Shown piece by piece: positions 58,078 to 64,000 of a stretch of 64,000 bases of DNA. Position numbers and translations under genes: made by a program. Numbering within the stretch: the stretch's first letter is position 1; every line of letters starts with the position of its first letter. The notes beneath the pieces are model-generated. The model did not search any database. It had not been told where the DNA came from and saw nothing but the letters and a program-made list of their open reading frames with translations. This stretch comes from Schmidtea polychroa. Taxonomy: Eukaryota. The DNA lies in contig CM097885.1 of the NCBI GenBank assembly GCA_044892525.1, forward strand, positions 41,914,001 to 41,978,000. Direction: 5' to 3'.

Positions 58078-58910
58078 ATAAAATCATTAAAGTAGCATAG
58101 ACAGCATTATTGTCAATCCGATAGATGACTGCATAGAAATTAAAGGTATCCATATTCCATTTGTTTTCAAAACACCAATACTTTAAACTAGATCGAACCG
58201 CATTATCGTGGCCTAGTGCGGAATACAATCCTCAAAGGGTCCAAAATGCAGCTTTAAAGTAATCGCATTAGAAAATGTTATGTTTACAGACCACAAAGAA
58301 CATTTTCTTCATGGCACCACTTTAGATGAAATAGGAGATAAGACAGATTTGACTTTGACAAATTGTTTATTTGTTGCTGACAGAGAAGCGTGATATTGTC
58401 AATCGTGAGGAATAAAGCATATTTGTCAGATTAAGAGTAAATGTGGAGAAATAAAATTATTGTGTACGGGTACTAAATGGGTTATATCGAGAATGATTTT
58501 GATCTAGACAGCTATTGTGATAGCAAGGAAGTGAGAGCGCTACAAATGTGTATAGCATGGGAAAAATGGGAGAAATAGTACAAAAGATTATGAATTAAAT
58601 TGATCCTACATTTTCACAACAAGAGAAAGTGGAATTGCTAAAACACTATGGGAATTTTCTCAAATATTTAACAAAAGCAAATGGGATATTGGGAAAACAA
58701 ATGCAATCCAACATTACATCGAAACAACTGATGAAAGTCTATAGTGTTTAAGCTATGATTTTAAAAGTTGAGAATTATTTGAAAGAAATACGAGATTGTA
58801 GAATCATATAACCAAGTAGATCTCCATGGAATTTTCCAATTTTTGTTGTAAAGAAAAAAATGGTGATATTCGTATATGTGTTGATTATCGATCTTTGAAT
58901 GTGAAAACAA
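58078..58910 (+). mobile_element. Ty3/Gypsy pol remnant (post-protease to RT N-terminus)
   Basis: DIGKTNAIQHYIETTDE...PSRSPWNFPIFVVKK.NGDIRICVDYRSLNVKT with frameshifts. Confidence 0.85.
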
Positions 58911-59687
58911 CTCAAAACTTAAAATTTCTAAATAATATCACAACATGATTAAATTTACCAAAGCAAATTAAAAAATTTGTAAAAATGAAAGAATTAAAAC
59001 ATACTCAGTTAAATTGTTCTCATGATTTTAATTGAAATACAATTCAAGTTTAAAAAATTTCAAACTTTGTTCATCATTTTCGATAAAATAAAATTTAGAA
59101 ATTAATTGTGCAATTTAGTATTTGGAAAATATTTAATATTACTGTTTTAATATTACTAACGGCGGTAAATTAGTTAAACTTAAATGGAAGATGTTATTCA
59201 AGTTTGTCCTAAATGTCAAGGTTCAAATGCTTCTATTAAAGATTTAAAATTTAAAGTTAGCTATTGTGGTCATTCAATGTAATGCTCTTATGATTTTTAA
59301 ATTTTGATCATTTTACCTGCATAGATGTATAAAATGTTATGAATTAATGTTTCTACGGAATGAGGATAGTTGTCCAAAATGCAGTACAAAATTACCAAAA
59401 TACAGCTTCCGGACAAGAATGTTTGAGAGTGATGACGTGGAATCGTATATGTGTTATTATCAAGATGTCAAAAGAAAGTGAGAAATTATTACTGCTTAAT
59501 ATTCTTTATTTTAAAATTAAATATTTTCCAATCTATTATTTTCAAAACAAATTGGCCATTTTGATTTTTATCTTATATTTAAGATGGCAAAATAATAAAA
59601 ATTAACCAATGCCACTAAAATGAAATGACGAAATTTGAAATTATATTTATTATTAAGCAACGTTAAATGCGATATAACCAAAATAGA

Positions 59688-60456
59688 TAGATTGGTGCCG
59701 AAGAGTAGATATTAATATTAAAATATTCTGTAAATTCAGAAATAAATTTATTAATTATATATGTCATTTTGATCGATAAATTTCTCCCATCGTTATTGTA
59801 GCTAAATGATTTCTTCTATGGAGAATTTTTGTATTTTCTACCGAAAAATTTATCTAAATGGGTTTGACAATATTTCAAATGACCCCACCTTTTTTGTTCA
59901 GCCAATAACGAGCAATCCTTAGTGAAATCAGTGGATTGTTTTTGCGGCAGCATCTTATAGTACACATTAACTCCTTCCAATCACACCAAATGCACATCAT
60001 GGGCTTTTTTGAGTGCAATCTAACGGATCTCCTGTGATAACTCTTCCCACTTTTACTATATTCCTTTTCAGCTAATATCGAATCCACTTTTCTTTGATGA
60101 GTAACAAATTGCAAACAAAACAATATATTGCTCTTTTGATTCAGCTCCCAAGCCTTTGTAAATGTCTGGAAATAGATATAATGTATCATCAAATGAGGAG
60201 TCATTATCGACCAGGGTCTTGATTTTATCCACGCTCAGTGTGACATTTGCTGATATGTAAAATTCATTGAAATATTTGAATCATGCAATTTTCATTGTTA
60301 TTTCCATTTTAAATTCAACTTCCAGCCAATCCAAATATACCAAGAATAAGTATAATTCAGTGGCCATCAAACATTGGCCCGCAGCCATCTCTGGCTTTTT
60401 CGCAATCGATGGCGTTCCAGTCGCTAATGGTGCTCAATATTATGTATAGCACCAAT
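59688..60456 (-). mobile_element. mariner transposon remnant
   Basis: LHSKKPMMCIWCDWKELM resembles the mariner motif LHPKKVMLCVWWDWKG; (A)TTGGTGC...GCACCAAT terminal matches. Confidence 0.7.
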
Positions 60457-61569
60457 ATATCAATTGTCCTTAAAAGTCAATTAATTTTATGAAATTTTCT
60501 TCAACAACAATAAACTGAAATACTTAAAATTTGAACATTTACCAATTCATTGGCAAACATACACTTTGTTAAACATTTTTATAACTTATTGATTCCATTC
60601 TCCTCCTCAGTAACTTTAATATTAGTTTAAGTATCAAATAAATGAGATTCAAACTATTGACGTAAGACGCCTAAGGTGCCCGTTGAAAAATAATAAATGC
60701 TTTAATTTAATATACACGAAATATTTACTAAAAATTCAATTTCTGCTAATATTATGTAAATTTAATGAAGATCCTCTAGAAAAACTACACTGAGTGTGAA
60801 TTGTCTTTAGTCATTCATTGATCTTACTTACTGCTGATTCGATTCAATATACACCTTAACTTGACTTGCAAATCCTGATCGTGATAAAGCCACATACACT
60901 TAGCCGGTTGAAAATACTGGGGGTTTCAAATTAATGCTAAATGTGATAAAATGATCAAAATGAAATATTTGAAGAAAAATTTAAAATATAAAAAATATTT
61001 CTATATATAAATTATAATAGCGTTACACAGTCCGTTGGTCATAAAAAATCCTTCCTTCGGATAATCGGAGTTTTCTATAATTAATTTTTCAGAAATTTAT
61101 ATCAAATGAAATATTTTATTTTACAAAAAATTGTGAATTGAATTTACTACTCATTGAGTTGAGTAGTATACAATACTAAAATTAAATTAATAATACCGTT
61201 ATACAGTCAGTCAGTGATGAACTAAAATTTATACAGTTTAACCTCTATATAACGAAGTGGAAGGTACCAAAAAGTTAAATAGAGGTAATTCCTTATTTCT
61301 ATGTGATAGCAGTGACCAGGTTGATAGCTATTCACTAATTTAATTGTAATAGGGAACCCTTGATAGATCAATTAAATTTCGTACTCGTGAGTGATAAAAT
61401 TGCTTTTCCGTGATATTCGGACATATTTATAGCAATTTCAATAGATAGGTTTTTCTGAAGTATTTATTTACCAATAGTAGCACAAATAATAATCAGAATG
61501 AGGGAGAGATTAAATGTAATGCAATGCTATCACGAGAGAAAATCTGATTTTTTCTGATGTTAACAAGTT

Positions 61570-62790
61570 GGATACTACTGACAAATAATTTGTTCAAGTT
61601 TATCAATATTAATCCTGTGTTGGTTGCAAAAGGAATGTAGAATATTACTATTGTCAATTGTCGCAGACAGAGTTATAAGAGGAATTACTACATTCATCAT
61701 ATCAACGCATTCATCGTCCGACTCTTTAAAAATCTCTTTTGTTGAGCATACCTGACGCAATCGTAAAGATATGCGTTTGTGCTAGGGAATATTACACTTA
61801 CTTGTTTAAGAATGTTCTCGTTAGTAATTATTTCCTGCGCGACAACCATTTCAATTGCTTGTATGTAGTCTTCACCAGAAACGCAATTAATGACTAATAG
61901 AAATTCACGACGAAAGTAGTCAAACATACTGCGAACCTTGTCGCTACCATTAATTTTCGGATTTTCAAGTGAATTACTAGTTGTACTAATTTTTCTGCAC
62001 ATCCATCCATAACAAAAGGCGATTAAGCAGGTGACGACGATAATGCGTTTTAAGTGAGTGAATAATGTCTTGATTGGTGTTACAGTTCCTCAGCTACAAG
62101 TCTCGTTGGTATATAGTGACTGCTGTAATTGTCTGCAATAATAAGAACTTTGTGGCAAATTTGATAAAGTGTTGGGCTTCTTTCTCCAAATTCAATCATA
62201 ACGCTTGTACCATCACCAGTCGCTGCAACAATGTCATGTTTGTAAGATATTTTTGAAGATTTCAAATGGGCTTCTACTATTTTAACCATTTCTATGCCGT
62301 TAAAACTGCAAAGCTGGTCCATTCATCCAGAGTGATTGAAATTTTAAATCCTTTGCCGATTTCGCATTTGATTTCCTCAATCATTTCTCTTTTTTTGATT
62401 TCAGCGAAATTATGGACACTTTGCATCAAGTAGGACTTACTTTTGGGCAGATTGAAGCCTCGGGATGATATTCCTGTTCTAATTCCCTAGACCCTGTAAT
62501 TGCTCTAATCGAAATTCCATCCATTGCTGCCAACTTCGCTACGATTTCTTCCAACGTTATCCTTTTAATGAATGATTCAATGTTTTTAATTTTCTTTGGT
62601 TGTTGATCTTCCTTGGTTGATTCGGTGATGTCAATGTGATACTGAGTGATTAAATGTCTTTTCATTACAGACATGTTGCTTTGTTTGCAGCTCATTAGTA
62701 ATGAACAAAAATCGTAAATTGCTGTATCTTTATCACTGCCAGATTTAATGTGTTTCCAAACTCCAGATTGTTTCTTGCTTGACATTGATT
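61570..62790 (-). mobile_element. hAT transposase remnant with BED zinc finger
   Basis: VWKHI...FCSLLMSCKQSNMSVMKRHL BED finger; VAATGDGTSVMIEFG catalytic-type motif; frameshifted. Confidence 0.8.
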
Positions 62791-63131
62791 GTAGAATTTT
62801 TCTAAAGTCAAAAGCAAATAAAAACTATTATGGAGTTTTGATGTTATCCTGGTAATAGTGTAATAGTTTAATTAGTGATAGTGTAATTAAATATATATTA
62901 ATCGTGAATTGTGTATAAATGTTTTTTTTTGTAATGATGTATGTGTGTTATCAGAGAGATTTTTAGGACCCAGCTGAGTCTCCTTTAGAAATGAGGTTTC
63001 GGGACAGCTGGGGTGTTTGTATGTCAAATATTTTTAAACAAATTTTGTTACAGTAAATATTATATTAACGAGAATTGCGTAATCAAACTAAATTAGTTTA
63101 CAAAAGTTTATTCAACTATGAAAATTATGAA

Positions 63132-63439
63132 CAGGGTTTACCAAACTTTTTCAGCGACGGAACACTTGGCAAATCCGAAAATTTTGGCGGAACACCTAGC
63201 TTATTTTTTAGGTTAGGTAATTCATAATAGTATAAAATTTATATTATTATGAAAAACTTGTTAAAGACTTTTATTGCTTACCCAACTTCTAGGTAGTAAA
63301 AATCTTCGCCTGCTCTTGACGTCATAAAACTCAATGAAGTTTAACCGTCGCTCGTCTTTCATTATGAAGTAGAATATGTTCAATTTTCTAAATTTGCTCT
63401 AAATTTTTGCGAAATATCCACATAGTTTGGGAAACCCTG
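63132..63439. mobile_element. hAT-type MITE
   Basis: TIRs CAGGGTTTACCAAACT / AGTTTGGGAAACCCTG; TSD not preserved. Confidence 0.7.
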
Positions 63440-64000
63440 CTCTATATTATTGGATTGGATCAAATGAATTTGTTGTCATAACATTCTATTTCCTTCTTAT
63501 TATTTACCAATAGGTTGATGTTCTTATTTTTTTCTTTGGATATATTATTTTGAATTTCCTTCTTAGTTAGTTTTTTTTAATTTTCTATGGTTATTTGTGT
63601 ATTGATTTTTTCTATTGATTTTTTAAAATTTATTATTTTTGACATTCTGTTGGACAAATTGTGAATGTTTTTTAAACTGCGTGTAACATCGACGAGTCGA
63701 AAGTAGAGAATTATTCATCCGAAAGGTCCAGTTGCATGAGATGGAAATAAAGATTTAGTAAAAAACAGGTGGGGAACAAAAATCAATAGAAGTACTCGTA
63801 ATATTACTAACTAACAATATTAATAATTAACAATACATTACAAAAACAATACTTGATTGGTTTAAATTCAATTATTTATATAAAAGCAAACACAAATAAA
63901 TTAAAAAAATTTCGTATCTATATTTAAATTTGAACAAATGACTTATAATTTTAAAACAGAAATTTTTAGATCATTAAGATGCCAAAAATAAGCGCCGATT

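Noticed and set aside
58078..58910. Gypsy pol as the internal region belonging to the 54014-58073 element
   Set aside because: The element has a matching TSD on both sides, there is no PBS or gag between them, and the pol is heavily degraded; it is more likely the insertion target.

Overview
AT-rich eukaryotic DNA with short GT-AG introns, most consistent with a planarian flatworm (inference from composition, intron style and gene content). Host genes: a complete 14-exon CHD4/Mi-2 gene (756-21686, -), a 3-exon TRAF-like gene (28568-30018, +), a 4-exon divergent TBP paralog (48401-49315, +) and an intronless Cys-rich, probably secreted orphan ORF (35504-36064, -). The rest is dense, nested transposon debris: Polinton/Maverick polB, integrase and capsid remnants, hAT, Zator, Merlin, pogo, mariner, Helitron and Gypsy fragments, and MITEs. 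The most striking signal is a family of giant TG...CA elements with 4-bp TSDs (39875-46748 and 54014-58073, plus a truncated copy at about 31356-33120). They look like 4-6 kb solo LTRs with no gag/pol, yet carry cargo: a coiled-coil protein with a 'WFSP' motif (all three copies), an AT-hook coiled-coil protein and a covarying, GNRA-capped RNA structure next to the terminus (two copies). Three shorter solo LTRs with TGTTGGG termini are also present, each nested in an older transposon. All family assignments come from manual motif recognition; no searches were run.
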